From Chiloscyllium plagiosum (Eukaryota): DNA of 64,000 nucleotides. This document shows positions 37,626 through 50,473 of this stretch, piece after piece. The notes under the pieces are model-generated. The model had not been told where the DNA came from. It did no database searches and was given only the letters and a program-made list of their open reading frames with translations. Made by a program: the position numbers and the translations under genes. The stretch spans positions 82,517,590-82,581,589 of the forward strand of contig NC_057711.1 of the NCBI RefSeq assembly GCF_004010195.1, in the 5' to 3' direction. The first letter of the stretch is position 1; each line of letters opens with the position of its first letter.

Positions 37626-40600
37626 AGTAACTGAGTTACACCTAAAACACATTGTGTACATCAGGAGTTTAGAAATCAGTCCTCACTAAAGGGATCCCAG
37701 TTAACAAACTAGCTAAATAATTCAGCCAGTTCAGGAATCAGGTTTCCCCCACAGAAAAAACAGAAACCAACAGCAACACATTGTGCTGACTGGGCCACAG
37801 TCAGTCAGTTCCATAAACTGAGAAGACTCAATCTCCTGTTTGTTTTTTGACCTCTGAATCTCCTGTTTATTTTATTTAATAAAATTACAAAACAGTTTAA
37901 CAAAAAGTTAACATTTACAGCTGTACAAAAGAGACAGCAATTTTACAAGGGAGAGGAGCAGCAAAGCTAGGCCCCAAACCCTACTGTTCAACCAGTTTAC
38001 AGGGAAATGACAAGCCTCAAATCCCAGTTTCAAATATGACAAGACAGCAACAATGACATTTGTACATAAGACAATCCTGTTACATAAAAAAGTGCAGACA
38101 ATACAGACCCAGCAAGCCCCTATCCCTCCCACCTTCCGGCCACTCTAAGGCAGCCCGCCGCTACGCACATTCCAGCTCTCGGTCCACCCCATGCCCCTTC
38201 CAGTTCTCGGTCTGCCCTGATGCACCTTTTGACCACCTCTATGACAACCCGCCCGGGGTGACAGCGCTGAGGACGACCTACCCACCTTCACTAACCATCC
38301 TCAGCGCCTTTCAACTACCTTTATGACAGCCCACCCCGGTACCTGCTCGGACTGATAGCACTGAGGCCGACTACCCGCCTTCTGGCTCTTGGTCTGCACC
38401 TAAATACTGTTGTGCTCTCACTCATCCCGATGCACCATTCAGCCAGTGGGCTACCCTGATACCTTCCAGCCACCTATAGGACAGTCTGTCCCCTTCCCCA
38501 GGGACAACAGCGTGCGGGGTAGCCCACAAGCCTTCCAGTTTTCAGCCTACCCCTACGTGCCTTCTGACTCTCGGCTGCTCTGACACACCTTCTGACCACC
38601 TCTAGGACAGCCTGTACCAATTACCCCTTCTCAAGACAACAGCGCTCAGAACGGCCTGCCCATCTGGCTCTCAGGGCGACTGGCATCGGGGTGGCCTACC
38701 CACCCTCCAGCTTTCGGGACAGCCTACCAACCTTCAGGTTCACAGGATGGCCTACCCACCTTCTGGTTCTCGGGGTTACAGCTTTCAGGACAGCCCATGA
38801 GCCACCCAGCTCACAGTAAAGCCTGCCAGACCCAGGGATACACAAGACAGTGCAGGTGATAGACCCAACAAACACCACGATACAGTTAATTACCAAAAAA
38901 CAGAGTCCTTTCTGGTACACAATATAGAGTCTTCAAAATATAGAGCCCATTCCCAGAGTCCACTCCAGTTTACATGGCACATTGACTGTTATGATGTCCA
39001 CTCCAAACTGCAGAGTCCACCGCTAGAGAACAGGGTCCACAACCAAGGGCCGAGTCCACTCCCGAAGGCAGCAAATGCACACCCCACAGCACACAGGTGC
39101 TAGGTCTCCATGGAGTCCAGGCTCACTCACAGGTACATAGTGCAGGTGCAATTAACTCACAGGGTTTTGGTCCACTCCTGAAGGAAAGGTCTTCTACCAA
39201 ACTCCAGGATACAGCAAGTGCTCACCTCCCAGCACACACACAGGTGTTCAATCTTCAGAGGCCTAGTCCTCCCCACTGGAACAGCTCCTCTGGTAAAATG
39301 TATGTCTTCCACAGGGCTCAGTCCAAACACCAAAAACAGTGAGGATACGTACAAAAAACAAAAGGAAACTAGAGTCCAAGGGCTAAGCCTACCATAACAT
39401 CCATTGTCCTTTTCTCAAAAGTAAAAAGAGAGAAAAGAGTAACACACAGGCTGTAACCAGCCAGTGAAACAACAATCCCCTAATGAGAACTGAGTTACAC
39501 CTGAAACACATTATGTGCATCAGGAGTTTAGAAATCAGTCCTCACTAAAGGAATGCCAGTTAACAAAACTGGCTAAGTAACTCAGCCAGTTCAGGAATCA
39601 GGTTTCCCCCTCCAAAACTAAAAGCAGAAACCAACAGTAACACTGACTGTGGCCCAGTCAGCACAGAGTCAGTTCCATAAACTGAGAAGACTCTGAATCT
39701 TGTTTTTTTTTTAAATTTTATTACACAATTAAAAAAGGAGGTTACAGAGAAACAGTTAACATTTACAGCTGTATTCAACAGCAATTTTACAAGGGAGAGG
39801 AGCAGCAAAGCTAAACCCCAAACCCTACCATTCCACCTGTTTATAGGGAATTGAGGACAAACCACAAATCCCAGTTTCAAATATGAAAAGACAGCAACAA
39901 TGACATTTATACATAACACAATCCTGTTACATAAAAAAGTGCAGACAACACAGACCCAGCAAGCCCCCGTCCCTCCCACCTTCCGACCATTCCAAGGCAG
40001 CCTGCTCCTACGCACCTTCCGACTCTTGGTCCATCATGCCCCTTCCAGTTCTCGGTCCACCTTGACACATCTTTCGACCACCTCTAAGACAGCCCGCCCC
40101 GGTACCCGCCCGGGGTGACAGTGGTCAGGAGGGCCTACCCACCTTCCGGCTTCACTAACCACCCTCAGCACCTCTAGGACAGCCCGCCCGGTACATGCCC
40201 AGGGTGACATCACAGAACGGCTACCCGCCTTCTGGCTCTCGGTGTGCCCCTACGTACCATTGGGCTCTCACCTACCCCAATGTGCCATCTGGCCAGTGGG
40301 CTATCCTGGCACACCTTCCAGCCACCTCTAGGACAGCCTGTCCCCTTCCCTGGGATGACAGCGTGCAGGGTAGCCCACAAGCCTTCCAGATCTCAGCCTG
40401 CCCCTACGCACCTTCTGGCTCTTGGCTGCTCTGACACTCCTTCCAACCACTTCTAGGACAGCCTGTCCCGTTTACCCCTTCTCGGGACGACAGTGCTCAG
40501 AACGGCCTATTCACCATCTGGCTTTTGGGATCAGCCTACCAACCTTCAGGTACACAGGATGGTCTACCCACCCTCCAGCTCTCGGGGTGACAGCTTTCAG

Positions 40601-41510
40601 GACGACCCATGAGCCTCCCAGCTCACAGTAAGACCTCCAGACCCAGGGACACACAAGACAGTGCAGGTGATAGACCCAACAAACGATATGACAGTTAATT
40701 ACCGAAAAACAGAGTCCTTTCTGGTACACAGTCCAAATATAGAGTCCATTCCCAGGATCAGAGTCGACTCCAGTTTATGAGGTGCAATGTCCAAAATGGA
40801 GTCCATTCCAAATTGCAGAGTCCACCGCTAAAAAAACAGGGGCAGAGTCCACTTTGGAAGGCAGCAAATGCACAGCACACAGATGTTCAGTCTCCATGGA
40901 GTCCTGACCCAGCCTTGGAGAGCCAGGGCCACTCACCAGAACACAGTAAATTGTAAAAGGTGCAGTTAACTCACAGGGGTTTGGTCCACTCCTGAATGAA
41001 AAAGGTCTTCTACCAAACTCCAGGATACAGCAAGTGCTCACCTCCCAGCACACACACAGGTGTTCAATCTTCAGAGGCCTAGTCCCAGGGCTAGGCCTCC
41101 CCACTGGAACAGCTCCTCTGGTAAAATGTATGTCTTCCACAGGGCTCAGTCCAAACACCAAAAACAGTGAGGATATGTACAAAAAACAAAGGAAACTAGA
41201 GTCCAAGGGCTAAGCCCTACCACAATATTAACATTGTCCTTTTCTCAAGTAAAAAGAGTAACACATAGCCAGTGAAACAACAATCCCCTAATGAGAACTG
41301 AGTTACACCTGAAACACATTATGTGCATCAGGAGTTTAACAATCAGTCCTCACTAAAGGGAAACCAGTTAACAGACTGGCTAAATAATTCAGCCAGTTCA
41401 GGAATCAGATTTCTCCCTCCAAAAAAAAGGGAAGCAGAAACCAACAGTAACATACTGACTGTAGCACCAACCAGCACAGAATCCATCCCCTAAACTGAGG
41501 AGACTCTCAA

Positions 41511-41563
41511 TCTCCTGTTTATATCAGTCAGCCAGGGCTTTCCTGATTGTGCCAGGTTAACAG
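41511..41563 (-). promoter_or_regulatory. Upstream part of the Gypsy LTR with CAAT-like and TATA boxes
   Basis: Minus strand reads CAATCAGGAAAGCCCTGGCTGACTGATATAAACAGGAG, with TATAAA at 41518-41523. Confidence 0.6.
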
Positions 41564-41944
41564 TAACATACTGACTGTAGCACCAGCCAGCACAGAAACA
41601 GTCCCCTAAACTGAGGGGACTCTGAACCTCCTGTTTGTTTGTTTTTTATTTTATTAACCAATTACAAAACACAGTTTACAAAAAAAAGTTCACATTTACA
41701 GCTGTATACAACAGCAATTTTACAAGTAGAGGAGCAGCAAAGCTAGGCCACAAACCCTACCGTTCAACCAGGTTATAGAGAGATGAGGACAAACCTCAAA
41801 TCCCAGTTTCACATATGACAAAACAGCAACAATGACATTTGTACATAAAAAGCTAATCCAGTTACATAAAAAACAGTGCATACAATACAGACCCAGCAAG
41901 CCCCCAGCCCTCCCACCTTCCGGCCACTCTAAGGCTCTCGGTCC

Positions 41945-44165
41945 TTAATTGGAATGAGTTGGAAAGCACAGAATCTGTGTGGTAGAGCTGAGGAATCACA
42001 AAGGAAAGAAGACCCTGATGTATACAGGTTTCCTAGCAGTAGTCAAGATGTGGGCAAGAAAATAAATCAGGAATTGCAAAAGACATATATGAAAGATACT
42101 ATTATAATAATCATGGAAGTCTATAAGGAATGGTTTAGTGCTCTGGATATGTACTCAATGGAGTTTAGAAGGCCAAGGGAGATGTGTTTAAAATTGTAAA
42201 AATATTAAGAGGCCTAGATTGAGTGGACGTGGGGAAGATATTTATATCAGGAGGAGAGACTAGGACCTGAGGGCACAACTTCAGAGTGAAAGAACAGGCT
42301 TTTAGAACTGAGAGGAGAAGGAATTTCTTCAGCTAGAATGTGGTGAAATTGTGGAACTCATTGCCTCGGAGGACTGTGGAGGCTAAATCATTAAGTGTAT
42401 TTAAGATAGAGATAGATAGTTCTTGGTTAGTAAATGGATTGAGGGTTAGAGTGAGAAGTCAGGAGAACTGGGTTGGGAATCATATCAGCCATGATTGAAT
42501 GGGCCATATAGCCTAATTCTGCAGCTGTATCTTATGGTCTTATGGAATTTGCAAGACATATGTGGTAGTGTGTGACCAGCAAGGCTTATGCTGACTTTGC
42601 TGAACTACCAAGGTTGATTATGGCCCAATCCCTGTGTTAAAATGGTGCCAAACCTCAAGCTTGAATTGGACCAACAGCGTGACAGACTGTGGCCAAGCCC
42701 GCAACTAAAAATAAGCTACTTCCTGGAATGACTGCGGAAGCATCACTCAACTGTGTCCATTCCTACTCTACAAAGATGCCTTTCCTTTCCCTTTCAAACT
42801 TTTCAATCACGTGTTATGTTTGCTGTCTTCTACTGCTATGGAGCTAAGAAATAGCAAGGATTCGCAAGCATTTATTTTGAGTTATTTATAGGCAATCAAA
42901 TAGTAGTGTTATGCAGGACATGAAATTAATCAAGAGTTGAGAGAAGTATGTAGCATGTAGCACAATTATCATGGACAACTTCAATCCATAACTAGACTGG
43001 ATAAACCAACTGAGTACTAAAACTGTGGAGAATGAGTTTCTGGAGTGTGCAAGGGATGGTTTTCTAGAGCAGAATTTTTAAAGCACCAACTAGAAAAGAT
43101 ATTATTTTGATCGAATATAATGTAATGAACAAGAGCTATTTAACAATTTTGCTGCAAAAGAACACTTGGAGATGAGTGACCACAATTTGATTGATTTTTA
43201 CATTATGTCTGAAAGTGAAGTAGTTAAATCTGAAGGAATAAGATAAATTATGAAAGCTAGAGGCACAAGTTAGCTGGGGTGGATCAGGAAAATCTATAAG
43301 TATGAGTTGGCTGTGCATGCATGCTTGGGAGTGTAATACACTAGACTGGTAGCAATGAAAAGGGATCCCTGACACCCATCTGATCAATGGTGCAAATAGC
43401 TCTCATTCAATGTGAAATTCAACACCATAATTTTGGCCCAATGGACCAACAGGCCATCTAATAATATGGAGGACCAGATAGGTACAGTATTTCTTAAATT
43501 GTAAGAAGTTGAAAGAATCAATGTGTAAAGAGAATTAGCTGATCTTGCTGATAAATCACTGAAAGCTAACGTGTAGGTACAGCAAGCTATTTGGAAGGCC
43601 AAGGGAATGTTAGCCTTTATTATAAAAGGATTTGAGTACAGGGATTGTAAGGATTGTATAAGAGATTGATTAGACCACACCTGGAGTATCCTTTGCAGTT
43701 TGGTGTCCTTATCTCAGGAACAATAATATTGCTATAGAGAGACTGCACCAAAGATTCACCAGACTTATTCCTGGTCTTTCAGGACTGACCCATGAAGAGA
43801 AATTGGGCAAACAGGGCCTGTATTCTCTCGAGTTTTGGAGAGTGAGAGGTGATCTCATCAAAATTTACAAAATACCTGAAGGGATAGATGCAGATAGGAT
43901 GTTTTCCTGGTTTGGAAATCTAGAGGCAAAACACATAATTTAAAAATAAGGTAGTTGCCTCTTTGGTCTGAGGTGAGGAAAACTTTTACTTAGAGATTTG
44001 TGAACCTTTGGAATTCTGTACCAAAGCAGGCCATCAAAACTCAATCTTTGATCATGTCTAAGGTAGAGAATGATAGATTCCTGATTATTAATAGTATACA
44101 GCATTGGTTGAGTAAAAGGCATTGAAGTGTTTGATCAGCCATGTTTGTGTTGAATGGGAGGGCAG
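41945..44165 (+). mobile_element. Two decayed CR1 LINE remnants (endonuclease pieces and 3' ends)
   Basis: ESVW-ELRNHKGKKTL-like segment at ~41965. 3' UTRs end at ~42545 and ~44165. Confidence 0.7.
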
Positions 44166-44184
44166 GTTCAATGAGTTCTTAGAA

Positions 44185-44405
44185 TTGATTAGTTCAGTTG
44201 GCTGGATAGCTAGTTTGCAATACAAATTGGCACCAATGTCTGGGTTCAATTTCCACACCAGCTGAGGTTACCATGAATGACTCTTTTTCTCAACTGCTGC
44301 CCTCAGCTGATGTGGGGTGATCCTCAGATTAAACCACCACAATTCAGCTCTCTCTACTGGGAAAGCAGTCCCAGCTTTGATAAGAATATGGTGACTTTAC
44401 CTTTC
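44185..44405 (+). mobile_element. tRNA-derived SINE, second family (3' part also at ~19350-19490)
   Basis: tagttcagttgg A-box and ggttcaattt B-box. The tail taaaccaccac...ctctctct...atggtgactttacc is shared with ~19415-19485. Confidence 0.55.
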
Positions 44406-45286
44406 ATTCCTGTCCTCTGTACACCGCAGGCACATACACTATCTTTGATGTTGATGCAGAATTACTCCCTTCATCAACACCCTATGCTTTCCTGTTGACA
44501 ATTCACTGTTCCCTCCAATCACAGGCTGCTACCTTGTCTTCAGCACTAAGTTGCCATGCTGAGACACAAGCTGCCATCTGGTCCCTTCCATTGAGCTTAC
44601 AATCTGCACCAGAAGCTGGTGTTTGCCTTTCTTCAGTTGTATTGGCTTCTGAACTGGTCCATAAAACACACCATGTTTTAGCCTATTGCAGTTGAAGAAC
44701 TTTACAACAAAAGTGGTGATGACAACCACTGGCAAAATTTTACTAGAGACAGTCAAAGCAAAGAACTCATCTGGACTAGAGACAGAAAAACAAGTTGACA
44801 GGTACACACTTGCTATATACAGTTGAGTTCCTGAAAGATTGAGTATTTCAATTGGACAGATATCAACTGGGAAAGAAAGTTAATTCCAGTGAGTTGTGAT
44901 TCATGAGATGCAAATGCATATAGTTAGGCTTAACTCACCTTCTGAGGAGGGAGGATTTAGTTGCTAAAGTCTGGATGGTGAGATTTGTGAGTCGCCTAGT
45001 TAAATCAAACACGTGCACACACACACAATTTAAGTTCAGTTGGAATAGGCAACAGGAAGGCTGGATTTAAGAGCAGAAATAAGAAAAATGAAGCTACTGC
45101 TATTACTTAAGTTCTTCACCCAAAATGTCATAGAGTCATAGAAATGTACAGATGGAAACAGACCCTTAGGTCCAACCCGTCCACGCCGACCAGATATCCC
45201 AATTTAATCTAGTCCCACTGCCAGCACCCGGTCCATATCCCTCCAAACCTTTCCTATTCATATACCCATCCAAATGCCTCTTATGT

Positions 45287-45605
45287 GGGTGGCATGGTGG
45301 CACTGTGGTTAGCACTGCTGCCTCACAGCGCCAGAGATCTGGGTTCAATTTCCGCCTCAGTTGACTCTCTGTGTGGAGTTTGCACATTCTCCCAGTGTCT
45401 GCGTGGGTTTCCTCCAGGTGCTCCGGTTTCCTCCCACAATCCAAAAATGTGTAGGTTAGCTGAATTGGCCAGGCTAAATTGCTCATAGTATTAGATGAAG
45501 AGGTAAATGTAGGGGAATGGGTCTGGGTGGGTTGCGCTTCAGCGGGTCGGTGTGGACTTGTTGGGCCGAAGGGCCTGTTTCCACACTGTAAGTAATCTAA
45601 TCTAA
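45287..45605 (+). mobile_element. HE1-type V-SINE nested in a CR1 3' UTR
   Basis: Same head, V-domain and tail as 32640-32949. Splits CR1 caaatgcctctta|aatgttgcaattg. Confidence 0.92.
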
Positions 45606-47511
45606 AAAAAATGTTGCAATTGTATCAGCCTCCACCACTTCCTCTGGCAGCTCATTCCATACTCATACCACCATCTGTGTGAAAAGGTTGCCTCTTAGTT
45701 CTCTTTTGTATCTTTCCCCTCTCACCCTAAACCTATGCCCTCTAGTTCTGGAGTCCCCGAACTCAGGGAAAAGACTTTGTCTATTTATCCTATCCATGCC
45801 CCTCATGATTTTGTAAACCTCTGTAAGGTCACCCCTCAGCTTCCGACGCTCCAGAGAAAACAGCCCCAGCCTATTCAGCCTCTCCCTATAGTTCAAATCC
45901 TCCAACCCTGGCAACATCCTTGCAAATCTTTTCTGAACCCTTTCATGATTAACAACATCTTTCTGATATGAAGGAGACCAGAATTGCACGCAATATTCCA
46001 ACAGTGGCCTAACTAATGTCCTGTACAGCAGCAACATGACCTCCCAACTCCTGTACTCAATACTCTGATCAATAAACGAAAGCATACCAAACGCCTTCTT
46101 CACTATCCTATCTACCTGCGACTCCACTTTCAAGGAGCTATAAACCTGCGCTCCAAGGTCTCTTTGTTCATCAACACTCCCTAGGACCTTACCATTAAGT
46201 TTATAAATCCTGCTAAGATTTGCTTTCCCAAAATGTAGCACCTCACATTTATCTGAATTAAATTCTATCTGCCACTTCTCAGCCCATTGGCCCACCTGGT
46301 CATGATCCTGTTGTAATCTGAGGTAACCCTCTTCGCTGTCCACTGCACCTCCAATTTTGGTGTCATCTNNNNNNNNNNNNNNNNNNNNNNNNNNNNNNNN
46401 NNNNNNNNNNNNNNNNNNNNNNNNNNNNNNNNNNNNNNNNNNNNNNNNNNNNNNNNNNNNNNNNNNNNNNNNNNNNNNNNNNNNNNNNNNNNNNNNNNNN
46501 NNNNNNNNNNNNNNNNNNNNNNNNNNNNNNNNNNNNNNNNNNNNNNNNNNNNNNNNNNNNNNNNNNNNNNNNNNNNNNNNNNNNNNNNNNNNNNNNNNNN
46601 NNNNNNNNNNNNNNNNNNNNNNNNNNNNNNNNNNNNNNNNNNNNNNNNNNNNNNNNNNNNNNNNNNNNNNNNNNNNNNNNNNNNNNNNNNNNNNNNNNNN
46701 NNNNNNNNNNNNNNNNNNNNNNNNNNNNNNNNNNNNNNNNNNNNNNNNNNNNNNNNNNNNNNNNNNNNNNNNNNNNNNNNNNNTTGCCAAAGCTATCTCA
46801 TGTCCCCGTTTTGCCATCCTGATTTCCCTCTTAAGTATACTCCTACTGCCCTTATACTCTTCTAAGAATTCACTCGATCTATCCTGTCTATACTTTATAA
46901 ATGTTCCTTTCTTTTTCTTAACTGAACCCTCAATTTCTTTAGTCTTCCAGCATTCCCTATACCTAACAGCCTTTCCTTTCACCCTAACAGGAATATACTT
47001 TCTCTGGATTCTTTATATCTCATTCTTGAAGGCTTCCCATTTTCCAGCCGTCCCTTTACCCATGAACATCTGCCCCCAATCAGCTTTTAAAAGTTCTTGC
47101 CTAATACCGTCAAAATTGGCCTTTCTCCAATTTAGAACTTCAACTTTTTGATCTGGTCTATCCTTTTCCATCACTATTTTAAATCTTATAGAATTATGGT
47201 TGCCGATCCCAAAGTGCTCCCCCACTGACACCTCAGTCGCCTGCCCTGCCTTATTTTCCAAGAGTAGGTCAAGTTTTGCACCTTCTCTAGTAGGTATATC
47301 CACATACTGAATCAGAAAATGTTCTTGTACGCACTTAACAAATTTCTCTCCATCTAAACCTTTAACACCATGGCAGTCGCAGTCTATGTTTGGAAAGTTA
47401 AAATCCCCTACCATGACCACCCTATTATTCTTACAGATAGCTGAAATCTCCTTACAAGTTTGTTTCTCAATTTCCCTCTGACTATTAAGGGATCTATAAT
47501 ACAATCCCAAT

Positions 47512-47828
47512 AAGATTAGATTAGATTACATTACAGTGTGGAAACAGGCCCTTCGGCCCAACAAGTCCACACCGACCCGCTGAAGCGCAACCCACCCATA
47601 CCCCTACATTTGCCCCTTACCTAACACTACGGGCAATTTAGCATGGCCAATTCACCTGACCTGCACATCTTTGGATTGTAGGAGGAAACCGGAGCACCCG
47701 GAGGAAACCCACGCAGACACGGGGAGAACGTGCAAACTCCACACAGTCAGTCGCCTGAGGCGGGAATTGAACCCGGGTCTCTGGCGCTGCGAGGCAGCAG
47801 TGCTAACCACTGTGCCACCGTGCTGCCC
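47512..47828 (-). mobile_element. HE1-type V-SINE nested in the CR1 endonuclease region
   Basis: Well-preserved reverse-complement copy with many CpGs retained. Confidence 0.93.
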
Positions 47829-50237
47829 ACCAAGGTGATCATCCCTTTCTTATTTCTCCATGCAGTCGGTACAGATGAGGTGGGAGAAATGCATTGTCTT
47901 TCTCTTATCTGAATGCTCCATGGGTCACAACATAAATTCCTTTACATCGCTCTCAATATTGAGCAATCTATATTAAATTTTTTAAAAAATCTGTCAACCA
48001 GGTTTCTTTAGTAAATACAAAATTATTGATTTATTATTAATAAAATTGTTTCAATTATGATGCAAAACTGGCTAACACATTTAATTTGTAATATAAATAT
48101 ATATTTTATCCCTCTAAATAACCCAAAACACATACACATACATACCAAACAAAAGGGACAAAGCAGATTTTTCTCTGCAGAGATTCACTTGAGAGAAAAA
48201 ATAACTTACTTTTGGCCAATACGTATTAATCCCTGAAGATGAAAGAAAAGTTAAGGTATAAAATGTTCAGAAAGTTATCATTCTGATGCCAAAGATGCAT
48301 GTTCCCACCACAAGCAGATCTCTAGGATTTTTGCCAACACAACTTTCTCAGGAAATACCATATGAGGATTTTTCTGGATGCTCTTTGGGAGGACAATCAG
48401 GATTCAGCACCGGGCCACAGGAAAATGCTTTTCAGAAACAGGAGACCTTGGGTGAGAAGCTCTTTTCTTTCATCAGGCTGACCACCAACAAAAATCATCA
48501 AATAATCTCCAAAGCAGAAGCTGTAGCTAGATAGTTATAAACACAGTCAGGAGGGTTCACTGTAAGAAAGCAGCTATCACAAGATATGTGACTTCCAAAA
48601 ATAGCCATGAAATATAAAGTTCCACTCTCCCTTTTATTCATTTCATGAAAGTGAACTATCCAGATATCCAATACTCTTTAGACTCCACATGAATTATTAA
48701 CCAGGAAGACACTGTAACACAGTTCGCATGGATGTCACTGAGCATTTGGATAAAGGTGATTCTGGTGAACTCATATGTTTGAGACTGTGGTGGAAAGAAC
48801 AAAAGAGGTTTTCAAATGTGCATCAATTTGGTGAAGATATAATGCCCATACAATCCAGTTTGGTTGGTGTTGCATTCAACCAAGAATGAGAGACTAAAAT
48901 CTGAATGCAAATGAAGTAGAATTTTACCTAAAGAGGGTCAGAGCTATGTAGGACTTTGTGGATGAAATTAATGCTGTGTGTGTCAAGTATGGTCCAGTAT
49001 CTCTATGAAGTCTCTTTATTCTATCTGCTATATAATGTGCAACATACAGTTTATGTTGAAGTAATTTGTCTGGCAATTCATATTTAATTTATGTTGATTT
49101 TAATTTATTTCTTAAGATATCGTTCATAAAAATTGTAATCTTATCCATTGGTTTTTCCTTTGGTATTGTTGACTTTGTTGGCCCCCACAGAGATTTTAAG
49201 TGAATAAATACTGTGACTAGAAAAGCGTCTCAAAAATTGGAAATTCTGCAGCAGGGATCCCACCTGCTGACTTCCTAAAACATTTCCACCATCTACAAAG
49301 AACAGTTGAGAATTATATTAGAATTTGGACCTCAATTGCCAGATGTCATGTTGCCTGAATGCAGCTTCCCAGTAACATGCATATTTGACACCATCCAGGT
49401 CCTTCCTAAGATAAAGCCATCATCAATCTGATGTTTTTTCATATGTACTGCCAGATTTGCAGAGAAGTTGTAGCATCTTCTGTAATCTTAGATTTTTAGC
49501 ATCTGTAGAAGTTTGCTTTTGCTATAGAATCAGTTATTTTACAATATTGTGTCTGTAGTGACACTGTGCGGTTGCAAGATAGCATCACATCTGAACAGAT
49601 GCCATAAAATGGTAAATGAGTAAATCAAGCTGATTAAAATAGAACCGTTTGCACCACAATTGTTCAGTTCATTTGAACTAGCACATTCTGTTTTGACTTT
49701 AATTTGCAGATTTTTCATAATTCTCTGTTTGAGAATTTCATAATTTGAGATTATATAGCTTTAATTTTGGTTCACTATTTTTGTCACTATTTTGACTTGA
49801 ATTAGAATTGCAGTTTTAATACACCTCCTAGGTGTACTTTTCCTTTGGACATAGTCATGAAGGGAAGACACAAGGCAGTTCCATTTCATATGTTGCATTC
49901 TGGATCTTGAAATGCAGACGTAATGAGTGAATACAGGTCAACTGTTTAATCATTAACTAACAATGAGATTATGCAAAAGCTCAACGAGTGTGCACTGCAT
50001 TTTCCACTATTTGAATGTTTTCTGCTTTAAATGAAAAGTCACAGAGCTTTTTACTTTTGAAAAGATATGCAGTGCTACCTCATTCTAATTCCACTCAAAA
50101 CACACTTCTATGTGTATTTTACCTTTGAACTCCGTGACATGTGGGTTGTAGGTTGAAACCTATTTTCAATGCACAATTGGGAAGAGTGCCCCATAATCAA
50201 ACCTCTCTATTCCACAAGCTGTTACAAATAGGAAATC

Positions 50238-50462
50238 AGAGTCGAGAGTGCGGTGGTGGAAAAGCACTCTCAGCTACCTACCCCCAGCCCATCCCCCTCC
50301 ACTTATCTCTCAACTCCCTTGACCTACAAGCCTCATTCCTGATGAAGGGCTTACGCCCGAAACATCGATTCTCCTCCACGGATGCTACTTGACCTGCTGT
50401 GCTTTTCCAGCATCATACTCTTTGATTCTGATTTCCAGCATCTGCGGTCCTCACTTTCTCCC
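50238..50462 (+). mobile_element. Penelope pLTR fragment carrying a hammerhead-like core
   Basis: PLE tail gatgctacttgacctgctgtgcttttccagc...cagcatctgcggtcctcactttctcc, with a short inverted start at 50238-50270. Confidence 0.75.
50335..50370 (+). ncRNA. Minimal type I hammerhead ribozyme-like motif
   Basis: CUGAUGA (50339-50345), A, GGGC-UUAC-GCCC stem II, GAAA (50359-50362), CA, UC cleavage-site dinucleotide. Stem III is reduced to one pair. Confidence 0.65.
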
Positions 50463-50473
50463 AGTTGATTTAG

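Larger units (their letters stand above)
35791..41940 (-). mobile_element. Tandem array of a ~1.8 kb non-coding A-tailed retroposon (units ~35791-37841, 37862-39702, 39703-41520, partial 41630-41940)
   Basis: Colinear units share e.g. catttacagctgta...gcaattttacaagggagaggagc and ccaaactccaggatacagcaagtgc. Each has a T-rich end on + (A-tail on -) joined to a CTCCTGTTT-like motif. No long ORF. Confidence 0.85.
45128..47860 (-). mobile_element. CR1 LINE ORF2 (endonuclease plus RT), spanning a gap, with nested SINEs
   Basis: ORF 47013-47510 has GDFN and LDL. ORF 45663-46982 has DDTKIGG, WAEKWQIEFN, LVRPLLEYCVQFWSP and LFSLERRKLRGDL. 3' tail at 45128. Confidence 0.93.

Noticed and set aside
35866..41206. 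Protein-coding tandem gene family (similar ORFs at 35866, 37908, 39560)
   Set aside because: Frames are short and not conserved between units, and indels shift them. The similarity only reflects the DNA repeat.
44533..44682. Possible 150 nt minus-strand exon (AKTWCVLWTSSEANTTEERQ...AEDK) with AG/GT ends
   Set aside because: The polypyrimidine tract and donor are weak, I recognise no homology, and there are no partner exons.
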